Shown here one piece after another: positions 42,336 through 51,829 of a DNA stretch of 64,000 bases; position 1 is the stretch's first letter; each line of letters begins with the position of its first letter. The stretch covers positions 224,001 through 288,000 of the forward strand of contig CAWGPD010000004.1 in NCBI GenBank assembly GCA_963824385.1, written 5' to 3'. The position numbers and the translations under genes are program-made. Source of the stretch: an uncultured Nitrososphaerota archaeon (GTDB taxonomy: Archaea; Thermoproteota; Nitrososphaeria; Nitrososphaerales; Nitrosopumilaceae). The notes beneath the pieces are model-generated. The model had not been told where the DNA came from and made no database searches. It was given only the letters and a program-made list of their open reading frames with translations.

Positions 42336-44216
42336 TCACATTCTGCTTGGAGCATCAATCCCTAAAAGCTCCAATGCCTTTCCAAGTGTTTCTTTAAATG
42401 AATGAACCAAAGAGAGTCTTGAGTTAATCAACGAGTCAGATTCTGCCCCAAGTACTTTGACGTGTTCATAGAACGTATTGAATGAGACTGCAAGTTGATA
42501 ACAATATTTTGCAATTACTTTGGGGGATAGATTCTTTGCCGCATCTTCTACTTGCAAATCAAACTTGCCAATGGCTTTTACCAAGTCTTTCTCATAGACT
42601 GTCTGCATTTCATCAAGATTTGCTTCAAACATAGGATCCCTTCCTGCTTTTTCTAAAATTCTCATTGCACGAGCATATGCATACTGGATATATGGTCCAG
42701 TATCACCTTCAAGGCTTAGAGATTCAGTCATGTCAAATGTAATGATTTTGTCAAGGTCTTGCTTTATCATGGTATAACGAAGAGCACCAATTGCAACCTG
42801 TTCAGCTATCTTGACTAGAGACATTTCATCAAGTTCAGGATTTCTTTTCTTTGTCTCTTCAAATGTTCTTGAGCTTAAAACATCCAAGACATAATCTGCA
42901 CTGACATAGATTCCTTTTCTTCCAGACATTTGCACAGACTTGCCTCCAGTATCAAGATCCAAACTCTTTGCAGTATCAGGACTAAGAGTTACAGACTCGT
43001 AGCCTAGATGGATATAAGAATCCGGTTTTGATTTAAAGTCTGACATTATTTTTGTAATAATTTTTTGTAGTCTTGATTGTCTAGAATCAATGACCGTGAT
43101 CACTTTATCACCTCTGAAATTTAATTTTGTTTCCTTGTCATCAAGACTTGTCTGCCACAGTACGCGTCCTGTTTTTTGTACTGTATAATGCTTGTAGTAA
43201 AATGGGTCTTCTAAAATTCCAAGTTTCCATGCGGCATATGGAATATCTTTTGCAACATAGGTGGCAGTTCCATTACTTCGAACAAGTACCTTATCTTCCT
43301 CAGATTCAGCCTTTATCACCCAACATCCTGTGTTTTTACCTTCATTTTCCAGTGTTGTAATTCCCATTGATCTCATTTTTTCAAATACCATTGCCCATAG
43401 ATTAGAACGAATTATCTGAGATTCAAAGTTAAGACAATCATATGTAGCACCCAGACGCCAGCATGTTTTTAGTTGCTCATCAAGAACTCGTCTTGTTATT
43501 TCATCACCAAATTTAGCAATCTCTGAAGTTCCTTTTTCAAGTTCCTGGAGAACGTCGGATCTCAATTCTGCAAGATGTGTATCTGTTTCATATCTTTCGG
43601 TAATATTGACATAGACAATATCACCGCAATAATGATCAAACTTTTGTCCTTCAGGAGCCTTGTCAGAATATCCCCCATACTTGAAACCTACAATAATATC
43701 TGCAACTTGCAATCCAGAATCATCAACATAATTCAGAACACTGACATCATAGCATGCCTTCTGAAGTATTCTGGACATAGTATCACCGATGATGATATTT
43801 CTAACATGTCCTACATGGAGTGCCTTATTTGGATTTACACTAGTGTGTTCAATAACCGTCTTTGCGTTCTTGCCAAGATCTACTTTACCATAATCGGCAA
43901 GAAGAGAAGATGCAATAACTTTGGGAGTCAGCACAGAATAATTTGCAACAAAATTAAGATAGCCAGAGTCATGAGCCGATACTTCTAATACATATTTTAA
44001 AGAATTTTTTTTGTATTCGTCCGCAAGTGCTTGTGCAATATCAAACGGTCTTTTTTTAAGCGCCTTTGCCAACAAAAAGCCAATGTTGCAACTAACATCT
44101 CCAAATTCAGGCCTTGATGCTTCAGATATGTCAAACTCGGTTTCAGGATATCCAAGTCTAGCACATGTTTGCTTTACTCCCAGCCTTATTTCATCGACAA
44201 GTATTCGTAGTGTCAT
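42336..44216 (-). CDS. argS: Arginine--tRNA ligase
   Basis: SVNPNKALHVGHVRN, MSGRKG and GPYIQYAYAR motifs. Confidence 0.96.
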   Translation of the reverse strand: MTLRILVDEIRLGVKQTCARLGYPETEFDISEASRPEFGDVSCNIGFLLAKALKKRPFDIAQALADEYKKNSLKYVLEVSAHDSGYLNFVANYSVLTPKVIASSLLADYGKVDLGKNAKTVIEHTSVNPNKALHVGHVRNIIIGDTMSRILQKACYDVSVLNYVDDSGLQVADIIVGFKYGGYSDKAPEGQKFDHYCGDIVYVNITERYETDTHLAELRSDVLQELEKGTSEIAKFGDEITRRVLDEQLKTCWRLGATYDCLNFESQIIRSNLWAMVFEKMRSMGITTLENEGKNTGCWVIKAESEEDKVLVRSNGTATYVAKDIPYAAWKLGILEDPFYYKHYTVQKTGRVLWQTSLDDKETKLNFRGDKVITVIDSRQSRLQKIITKIMSDFKSKPDSYIHLGYESVTLSPDTAKSLDLDTGGKSVQMSGRKGIYVSADYVLDVLSSRTFEETKKRNPELDEMSLVKIAEQVAIGALRYTMIKQDLDKIITFDMTESLSLEGDTGPYIQYAYARAMRILEKAGRDPMFEANLDEMQTVYEKDLVKAIGKFDLQVEDAAKNLSPKVIAKYCYQLAVSFNTFYEHVKVLGAESDSLINSRLSLVHSFKETLGKALELLGIDAPSRM

Positions 44217-44918
44217 GATATCATTCCGTAAATAGTCTTTAATTGAATTGTTTCAAGTGCCTCAATAACACCGTCACCTGCATGTCCTGTAACAACAAGT
44301 GTCGCGTGAGACTTTACATTCTCAGGTGCATTTCCCAAAGACTACACTTGTGCCAGCCAATTTGAACAGTGGAACATCTGTGTCACTATCGCCTATAGCT
44401 ATAACATCCTCTTTTTTTGCCTCAAACATGTTCATCACCTCAAGAAAGCCACTTGCCTTGTTGACTCCTTTTGAGTTTATGTGATATGCATATTGACTGT
44501 CAGTTAGTTGCACATCAAAATCATTGTCTACAAAAATTTTCTTCCCCACATTTACATCAAAATTTCTTTCCAATACAACCTCGGTAACACGAGGAAAAAC
44601 TGGTTTTTCTATTGCTTCTGGAATTTTTGTCTTTAAAAATTCAAATGCCGCCATACATTCTTCTTTCTTTCCTATCATTTTGTGTTCAGTGGGGCCCGAT
44701 GTAATAATTCCACCATTTTCACCTACTGCAATTCTTGTTGTACCTCCAAATACAGACAAAACATAGGCTTCAATTGATGAACGACCAGTCACATAGATTA
44801 CTTTGTGCCCAAGTTTTACAAGATATCTAAGTGCTGCCAGTGCATCAAGGTCAACCCTGCCACCTTTGTTATCAGTTATAGTTCCATCAATGTCTACTGC
44901 AAATATTTTTGGCTTCAT
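44213..44918 (-). CDS. HAD-superfamily (Cof/SPP-like) phosphoglycolate phosphatase; +1 indel near 44338
   Basis: DIDGT, VTGR and GDSDTD motifs; restored tail GNAPENVK…GDGV ends in an ATGA overlap with argS. Confidence 0.88.
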
Positions 44919-44984
44919 TAAAATCATGTATAATGTAGGAGTTAATAACTGCTAACTAAAATAGTTTGGAATTATCAAAATCAC

Positions 44985-45221
44985 ATGACAAAAAAAGGCA
45001 TGGTCGCTGAAATTTTTAGCAGAGCATTACACAGTGACAACTCGGATCTATACTCGGTCGGATATCTAGATCTCAGAGAGATAAAAAATGTAAAACTTTC
45101 AGAATTTCTAAAATTATCTGAAAATTTTCAAGTAATACCTGCAAGTAGAATTGTATACATCAAGAAAGAAGGCATCATATTATATTCAAAGATCAAAAAC
45201 AAAAAACCCGATCAGATATAA
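44985..45221 (+). CDS. DUF504/MJ1316-like small protein
   Basis: VGYLD…IPASRIVYIKK pattern. Confidence 0.7.
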   Translation: MTKKGMVAEIFSRALHSDNSDLYSVGYLDLREIKNVKLSEFLKLSENFQVIPASRIVYIKKEGIILYSKIKNKKPDQI

Positions 45222-45256
45222 TTAGATTTTAAATTCAGTTAGCCTCTATTACAAGG

Positions 45257-45763
45257 ATGAAAACCACCCAATTTGTGCTGATTGATTTCCTAAGACCCAT
45301 ACTTGAAAATCCATTCTTTATAAAATACGGATTACTAGGATTGTTTCTTAATGCAGTATTTGCAGCCATAGTTCCCTTTCCAATTGTGGTAACATCCACT
45401 GCATTACTTTTAGAGGGTCAAAATGAGATTGCAGTATTTACAGTAATGTCAATTGGCTCTGTAATTGGAGGAATTGTCACATATTTCATAGGATATGATG
45501 GTGGAAAGATTTACAAGATTTTAAGAAAAACCCATAGTGAAGATCATCACAAAAAAAGCTTTGAATGGTTGAACAAATACGGCTGGAGTATCATCTTTGC
45601 TCTAAATTGGGTCCCAATTCTCACTGAGGTTGTAACAATAATAGCAGGTGTAAAAAAATACAGTTTCAAAAAATTTCTCATAGTTATGAGTATTGCAAGA
45701 GTAGCTTGTGCATTCACCATGGTTTACTTTGGAAACATGTTTCTACAATACATCAAAACATAG
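45257..45763 (+). CDS. DedA/YqaA (VTT-domain) membrane protein
   Basis: GSVIGGIVTYFIG…KYG…AG…F…R pattern. Confidence 0.85.
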   Translation: MKTTQFVLIDFLRPILENPFFIKYGLLGLFLNAVFAAIVPFPIVVTSTALLLEGQNEIAVFTVMSIGSVIGGIVTYFIGYDGGKIYKILRKTHSEDHHKKSFEWLNKYGWSIIFALNWVPILTEVVTIIAGVKKYSFKKFLIVMSIARVACAFTMVYFGNMFLQYIKT

Positions 45764-45843
45764 AATTTTGAGAAAAAATTAGGCATGACCTGTAAATACA
45801 AAGTGGTAAGATTTTATTCAGCAAGATACCATCTAATCTGCAG

Positions 45844-46944
45844 ATGGGAATTCCAGAAAAAATCCAGTCAATCAAAGATGAGATGTCAAGGACTCAGATC
45901 AATAAAGCTACAGAGCATCATGTTGGTCTTCTCAAGGCAAAGCTTGCCAAGCTTAAAAGAGAACAAGAGGATGTAAAATCTAGATCATCTGGAAGTTCAG
46001 CAGGTTTTGATGTCAAGAGGACTGGTGATGCAACGGTAGTATTCATCGGTCTTCCAAGTGTTGGAAAATCAACTTTGTTAAACAGAATGACTGGTGCAAA
46101 ATCTGCAGTTGGCGCATTTCAATTTACAACAACTACAGTAGTTCCAGGAATGATGGAACATCGTGGTGCCAAGATCCAAATACTCGACTTGCCAGGAATT
46201 ATCAAAGGAGCATCAACTGGAAAAGGTCTTGGAAAAAGAGTTTTAGCTGTTGCAAAAAGTGCAGATCTTGTATTAATCATTCTGGATGTATTCCAACCAT
46301 ACCTTGAAGATGTTATTAGAACAGAACTTGGAAACATAGGAATTCGACTTGATCAAAAACCTCCAGATATAGTGGTAGAAAAAACAGGTGATGGGGGAAT
46401 ATCGGTTAGTCAGCAAGTTCCTCTTACAAAAATGTCCATTAGTTTGATGAAAGATATCCTTAGACTCTATGGCATGAATAACGGTAGAGTGCTTGTTCGA
46501 GAGGATGTTGATGCAGACCAACTTACGGATTTTATTTCTGGCAACAAGTTTTACGTAGACTCGCTTACAATAATGAACAAAATTGATCTTGTAAATCAAG
46601 GTTTTGTATTGGAATTACAAGAAAAATCAAAAACAAAATTCATACCAATATCGGCAGACTCAGACATAAACGTAAACGCATTAAAAGATGCCATTTTTGA
46701 AAAATTAGACTTTATTAGAATTTACATGAGGCCAAAAGGTGGTGAGACAGATTTCAAAGAACCTTTGATAGCAAGAAGAAATTCCACTGTTTTAGATATA
46801 TGTAATAAGCTTCATCGTGATCTAAAAAAAGATTTCAGATATGGTTTAGTGTGGGGAAAGAGTGTAAAGTTTGGCGGTCAGCGAGTTAGCATCAATCATG
46901 TATTACAAGATGAAGACGTACTTACAATAATAAAAGCTAAATAG
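45844..46944 (+). CDS. DRG-family GTPase with TGS domain
   Basis: TQINKATEHHVGLLKAKLA, GLPSVGKST, DLPGII and NKID motifs. Confidence 0.94.
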   Translation: MGIPEKIQSIKDEMSRTQINKATEHHVGLLKAKLAKLKREQEDVKSRSSGSSAGFDVKRTGDATVVFIGLPSVGKSTLLNRMTGAKSAVGAFQFTTTTVVPGMMEHRGAKIQILDLPGIIKGASTGKGLGKRVLAVAKSADLVLIILDVFQPYLEDVIRTELGNIGIRLDQKPPDIVVEKTGDGGISVSQQVPLTKMSISLMKDILRLYGMNNGRVLVREDVDADQLTDFISGNKFYVDSLTIMNKIDLVNQGFVLELQEKSKTKFIPISADSDINVNALKDAIFEKLDFIRIYMRPKGGETDFKEPLIARRNSTVLDICNKLHRDLKKDFRYGLVWGKSVKFGGQRVSINHVLQDEDVLTIIKAK

Positions 46945-47226
46945 AAAAAACTTTTTCAAACAAGAAAATTTGTACAGCATGACAATCTAGATTTTATACA
47001 ACACAAGATGTGTTACATAAAATATTTTTGTGTCGTACATCCACCTACAAAAACAAGTTACAAGAGTGTAACAGATGGTCATCGATGTAATTAATTGACA
47101 ATCATTTTACAAGATCATGATCAAAAATTTAATTTTGCAAAAAAAATTGTGCATATATTACTCATCATTTAGTGTAATTTTCTTAAGCGTCACCATAGAA
47201 AAACTAGTAAATTCAACAAATTAGCA

Positions 47227-47442
47227 ATGGCAAAACGATCAACAAGAGCTGTTAAAAGAAGATCTGCTCCAAAGAAAAGATCTGCACCAAAGCGATCCGC
47301 TCCAAAGAGAAGATCAGCTCCAAAGCGTAGTGCTCCAAAGAGAAGATCAGCTCCAAAGCGATCCGCTCCAAAGAGAAGATCAGCTGCAAGAAAACCAGCT
47401 GCACGAAAAGCTAAGAGAACAGCTTCAAGAAGAAGAAGATAA
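47227..47442 (+). CDS. Protamine/histone-H1-like basic repeat protein, 71 aa
   Basis: 34 of 71 residues are K/R, with no acidic or aromatic residues; seven K(R/K)RSAP or KRSAP units with synonymous codon variation. Confidence 0.8.
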   Translation: MAKRSTRAVKRRSAPKKRSAPKRSAPKRRSAPKRSAPKRRSAPKRSAPKRRSAARKPAARKAKRTASRRRR

Positions 47443-47490
47443 AATTTTAAACGGATTATCGTCTCATAGTAGGCGATAATCTGTAATATT

Positions 47491-47775
47491 TTAGCTAAAC
47501 ATTTGACCTGGCGGAGATGTGGGCGACTTGCCTTTGACTGCATCAGGTTCTACGAAAAATTTTCTTTCATTAGGAATCAAAGACAGCTTAAGCGATGCAT
47601 TTACTGCATAATGGGGCGTGCCATCAGGATTCTTATAATTTAGTGCAATTCCCACCCTGTCAAGATCAACTTTTACTTTAACTATTGTGCCATCTTCAAG
47701 CTTGAAAGTGACATGTTCATCTCCCACTCGCGTATGTTCCAACATTTTGAATTCTATCTTGTCTTTTGTGCTCAT
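47491..47775 (-). CDS. Hypothetical protein
   Basis: 94-aa ORF, beta-rich (FKLEDGTIVKVKV…NPDGTPHY). Confidence 0.75.
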   Translation of the reverse strand: MSTKDKIEFKMLEHTRVGDEHVTFKLEDGTIVKVKVDLDRVGIALNYKNPDGTPHYAVNASLKLSLIPNERKFFVEPDAVKGKSPTSPPGQMFS

Positions 47776-48090
47776 ACCAATTGGAACCAGCCTGAGTTAT
47801 TTGAAGTAAACGCAATAGAACACGAGCGATAAAATAAAGTCTAATTTTTAAAATATATGAAAACTTTATGATACATATAATCAATCACAAGTAAATTCTA
47901 AAACATGCCAATAGAAAAAGATGTTAGACTATATCGACGATCTGTGGATTCTTTATGACATTACAATTACAAAGAAAATTACCTGTGAGATATTTTACAT
48001 TTACATCTTGAACTTGATGACGTAGAAAATATTTGATGCCATAATTGAAATTACATCCATTGTAGACGAAATAAAAAATCTAAAACTGAA

Positions 48091-49725
48091 TCAGTAAAGG
48101 AAGCTCATCAGTTTTATTTGCTGTTCAGTTGTGAGCACATTTTTGGAAGTTAACACTTCAAGCAATTGCGTTATCAATGCACGCTCTTGTTCTGAGAATC
48201 CAGTTGGACCCTTGTCACCTGGTGGACCTGGTGGACCTCTTGGACCTTGTTCTCCAGGAACACCCTGTTGTCCTTGTGGGCCTTGCTGACCTTTATCACC
48301 CAGTGGACCGGTAGCACCAGTCAATCCCTTGTCACCTTGAGGACCTTGTACGCCTTGCGGACCCTTGTCTCCAGATAGTCCTTGAGGACCTAGTGGACCA
48401 GCTGGACCTGGAACTCCTTGAATTCCCGGAGGACCCTTATCACCAGGTACGCCTTGCGGACCAGTAGTACCCTTTTCACCTTGAGGACCTTGAATTCCCT
48501 GAGGGCCGGGTGGACCTTGTGGACCTGGAGTACCTCGCGGACCTTGATCACCACTTGGTCCAGGTAGTCCCCTTGGACCTTTGTCTCCTTGAGGACCTGG
48601 AATTCCAGTAAGACCTTTTTCTCCAGCAGGACCTTGAGGACCTTGGGGACCTTTCTCACCTGGTGGACCTTGAGGACCTGTTAATCCCTTTTCACCCTGT
48701 GGACCTTGTGGTCCTGGCAGTCCCTTGTCTCCAATTATTCCAAGCGGACCTTTTTCTCCTTGAGGACCAAGAGGTCCAATAATTCCTTTATCACCAGGTG
48801 GACCAGGAGGACCAGTTGGTCCCTTTTCACCAAGTGGGCCAAGTTCTCCGGTTAATCCTTTATCGCCCTTGTCACCCTTGTCACCCTTGTCACCTTTTTC
48901 CCCTTTTTCTCCTTCATCACCTCGAGGACCTTTATCTCCTTGAGGACCTTTATCGCCAGTAATTCCTTTATCTCCAATTGGTCCCTTGTCGCCCCTATCG
49001 CCCTTGTCTCCTTGTGTACCTTGTGGGCCTTTTTCTCCTTGCGGACCTGGAGGACCAAGTGGACCTTTATCGCCAGTAATTCCTTTATCTCCCATCGGTC
49101 CCTTGTCTCCTCTATCACCCTTGTCACCTGGTGGACCTGGTGGACCTTTGTCTCCCTTGTCACCTGGGGGACCTGGTGGACCTTTGTCTCCTTGTACTCC
49201 CATAGGTCCAGGAGGACCAGATACCCCGGGTTGTCCCATTGGCCCTGGTTGTCCCATTGGCCCTGGAGGACCTGTGGGTCCTGATGGACCTCTTGACCCA
49301 CGGTCGGCGGAATACTGTTCTGTTACAGTTTTTGAAGTTCGAGTCTCTGGTTCTGATTTTGTATAACGAGTTACAATATCTGATTCAGGCTGCGAGGCAG
49401 TATGTCCCAAACCAGTTCTTGGAACATTAATTTGAAAACTAGTATGAATGGAAGAGAATTGATCAATTACAACAATCCAAACAGTTCCTCTTTGAAATAT
49501 AGAATCAGGCAAAGGATTTTTTGTAGAACCAAGAGTTTGTGAGAATCGCTTGTCTCTTACTCTAAGATGAAAATTGTCCTTCCATAGCGAATGAAATCTT
49601 TTTTGTTTAATTTCGTCTGATGATGGCGGACTATCACAAATTGCAATCTGTACTTCAAATACACCAGATGATAGAGCAAAGGGCGATTCGCCAGATATCT
49701 CAATTGTGTTATCTTTAGATGACAT
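48091..49725 (-). CDS. Collagen-like protein
   Basis: ~140-aa N-domain, ~122 uninterrupted Gly-X-Y triplets, short helical C-terminus. Confidence 0.93.
   Translation of the reverse strand: MSSKDNTIEISGESPFALSSGVFEVQIAICDSPPSSDEIKQKRFHSLWKDNFHLRVRDKRFSQTLGSTKNPLPDSIFQRGTVWIVVIDQFSSIHTSFQINVPRTGLGHTASQPESDIVTRYTKSEPETRTSKTVTEQYSADRGSRGPSGPTGPPGPMGQPGPMGQPGVSGPPGPMGVQGDKGPPGPPGDKGDKGPPGPPGDKGDRGDKGPMGDKGITGDKGPLGPPGPQGEKGPQGTQGDKGDRGDKGPIGDKGITGDKGPQGDKGPRGDEGEKGEKGDKGDKGDKGDKGLTGELGPLGEKGPTGPPGPPGDKGIIGPLGPQGEKGPLGIIGDKGLPGPQGPQGEKGLTGPQGPPGEKGPQGPQGPAGEKGLTGIPGPQGDKGPRGLPGPSGDQGPRGTPGPQGPPGPQGIQGPQGEKGTTGPQGVPGDKGPPGIQGVPGPAGPLGPQGLSGDKGPQGVQGPQGDKGLTGATGPLGDKGQQGPQGQQGVPGEQGPRGPPGPPGDKGPTGFSEQERALITQLLEVLTSKNVLTTEQQIKLMSFLY
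48199..49299 (-). repeat. Gly-X-Y coding repeat (9-bp periodicity)
   Basis: [12 protein letters not shown] triplets; local rise in GC content. Confidence 0.95.
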
Positions 49726-49874
49726 ATTCTACGTGTAATTCCTAAGTATTTTTGTATTTTCAATATGATATAAAGCCCATTTGTGAATTTTTAGATACTG
49801 AGAAATCGGTTTTCTACCTGCCTAACAGGCTGTTTTCAAACTAATGTATTTATCTACGATAAACCCATATTTTC

Positions 49875-51026
49875 ATGACCATGAGGAAATTATTTGGAGA
49901 TAAAAAGGAAGAATCCAGTACAGAGATAAGGAAAGTAGGGTCAGAATTAACCAAAGAGTCAGACGATTCAAAACTAACAGACGCCAATTATTCTAGAAAC
50001 AAGTATTACAAGAAAGGGGTTTCGTTGATGGCAGATGAAAGAATGGATGATGCGGCACGCGCCTTTGAAGATGCATTACGAATTGATCCAGGTCATGTTG
50101 ATTCTTTACTAAAGTTAGGATACACACGTTTTCACATGAATGATTTCTCAAGTGCCACGGAGGCGTACAATAAAGTCCATGAAATCGATGTTACAAATGC
50201 AGAAGCTTGGAACTTGAAAGGTCTGATTTATTATAGACAGAAAAATTATGACAAAGCTTTAGACTGTGTAGAAAAGGCAATAGATTCCAATCCTACAGAG
50301 GGAATGTCATGGTACAACAAGGCATGCTATCATTCACTTTTAAATCACATCCCAGAATCAATTGAAGCCCTGAAACGTTCAATTGAGATTGATGTTAAAA
50401 ATGCCAAGAAGGCAGTAAAAGACAAAGATTTTGAAAACATCAGAGCTGATGAAGGATATAGAAGAATTGTCGAAGTAGTAGTATTAGAATCTGTAAGACA
50501 GGGATACCGCAAAGTTGGTCAGATTGTTTGGACTACAATGGTGGGCAAATTAGAAGTAGAAGATGCCGCAAGAAAATTAATTGAGAAAGGATTACTCGTC
50601 AAGACAGAAAGAAGTCTAGGATTACAAAAGGTAGAAGAATATGAAATAGTTCCAGAGCTTGCAGACAAGATTGGTGTGGAAAAGAAAGGTCTCTTTGGAG
50701 TTGCAAGAAAATCACAACCAATCGTCATACAAAATCTCAAAGAGATAAGCGAAGCTGTACATGCAGCAAAGGCCGCAATTGAAAAAGGAGATGTAAAAGA
50801 AATAATTTCACAATTTGACATATTCATAGACCCCTCAAAGAAAGGCGGACAAATGATCGAATATTTCTTTGAGGAACACAGAGACATACGATTATTCAAA
50901 GCCAGACTAAACGACAAAGGTTCAGAGTACCTCGAAGGAAACAAGAAAAAGATGATTGAACTTATGGACGAAATTGAGATGATGATTACAAAGAAGCTTC
51001 GAAGTGAAGCTGCACAGAGTTCATAG
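49875..51026 (+). CDS. Tetratricopeptide-repeat protein with probable winged-helix segment
   Basis: TPR consensus (AWNLKG…A…KAI…P; WYNKAC); ARKLIEKGLL helix. Confidence 0.88.
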   Translation: MTMRKLFGDKKEESSTEIRKVGSELTKESDDSKLTDANYSRNKYYKKGVSLMADERMDDAARAFEDALRIDPGHVDSLLKLGYTRFHMNDFSSATEAYNKVHEIDVTNAEAWNLKGLIYYRQKNYDKALDCVEKAIDSNPTEGMSWYNKACYHSLLNHIPESIEALKRSIEIDVKNAKKAVKDKDFENIRADEGYRRIVEVVVLESVRQGYRKVGQIVWTTMVGKLEVEDAARKLIEKGLLVKTERSLGLQKVEEYEIVPELADKIGVEKKGLFGVARKSQPIVIQNLKEISEAVHAAKAAIEKGDVKEIISQFDIFIDPSKKGGQMIEYFFEEHRDIRLFKARLNDKGSEYLEGNKKKMIELMDEIEMMITKKLRSEAAQSS

Positions 51027-51028
51027 AA

Positions 51029-51829
51029 TTATTCAGCAGACAGATCCCAGTAGTTTGCATCCTGTTGTTTTTCTATTGGTTTTTCAAGTGATTTCCATTC
51101 CTTAAAGGAACGTACATAGAGTTTTACGTTGTCAAGTCCAATTGATTTTAGTGCATAGTATCCAAGACCTGATAGAGTACCAACACTTCCACAGTATGTT
51201 ATTATTTCAGAATTAGAAGAGATGTTTCTATTTTGCATTAGCCTTTTTAGATCCTCCTTTGGTCTCAAAATGTTCTGACCCGATGCAAGCATTCTGTATG
51301 GAATGTTGATCGCACCTGGAATGTGCTGTTCAAGAAAGTTTAGTCTCTCTCTATTATCTACTAGAACTGCGCCCTTTTCTTTGGCAGGTACAAGATAATC
51401 TGAAGTTGCAAGAATCTGTGGCTGTAACTTTAGAGAATGGCTAGTTTTACCAGGAGAAGGAGATTCATTGTTTATTTCAAGACCAAGTTTCTTCCAAGTA
51501 CTAAAAGTAATGTCAAGTAGTGATACATCCTCATGTCCGATATATTCCAAAGTCCATGCAACTCGTGATGCAAGTGCACCAAATGTATCGTCATATACAA
51601 CAACTGAGGTCTCATCACCAATTCCAAATGATTGAGCATATTGCAGAACTTTCTCCGGACTATCATCAGCAAGCAGACTTGCTAGTGGAAGATTGATTGC
51701 ACCCGGAATGTGTCCTTGTTTGTAATCCTCCTCTTTTCTTATATCTAAAACTTTGACACTCTTGTCTCTTATCTCAGATCTGAGATTATCGGCATCAATT
51801 GTAACTCTGGTAGTTTTTTCCTTGCTCAA
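51029..51829 (-). CDS. Tandem rhodanese-domain sulfurtransferase
   Basis: GHIPGA twice; YCGSVG active-site loop; TTG start overlaps the reductase stop. Confidence 0.9.
   Translation of the reverse strand: MSKEKTTRVTIDADNLRSEIRDKSVKVLDIRKEEDYKQGHIPGAINLPLASLLADDSPEKVLQYAQSFGIGDETSVVVYDDTFGALASRVAWTLEYIGHEDVSLLDITFSTWKKLGLEINNESPSPGKTSHSLKLQPQILATSDYLVPAKEKGAVLVDNRERLNFLEQHIPGAINIPYRMLASGQNILRPKEDLKRLMQNRNISSNSEIITYCGSVGTLSGLGYYALKSIGLDNVKLYVRSFKEWKSLEKPIEKQQDANYWDLSAE

Noticed and set aside
44213..44340. Possible fusion of the HAD phosphatase with argS
   Set aside because: The repaired frame stops at a TGA overlapping the argS ATG, which is ordinary translational coupling.
47250..47385. Short tandem DNA repeats considered as a CRISPR array
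   Set aside because: No unique spacers; repeat units are codon multiples inside an ORF; no cas genes in the window.
47190..47543. 117-aa minus-strand ORF with GADLLF/GADRF repeats
   Set aside because: Antisense shadow of the K(R)RSAP protein; it overlaps the neighbouring gene, and the repeat variation is synonymous on the + strand.
47776..48090. AT-rich gap containing a 17-codon ORF (MPIEKDVRLYRRSVDSL)
   Set aside because: Too short and has no supporting motif.
48390..49430. Several alternative-frame and antisense ORFs (PLSP/GPGG repeats and others)
   Set aside because: By-products of the collagen 9-bp periodicity.
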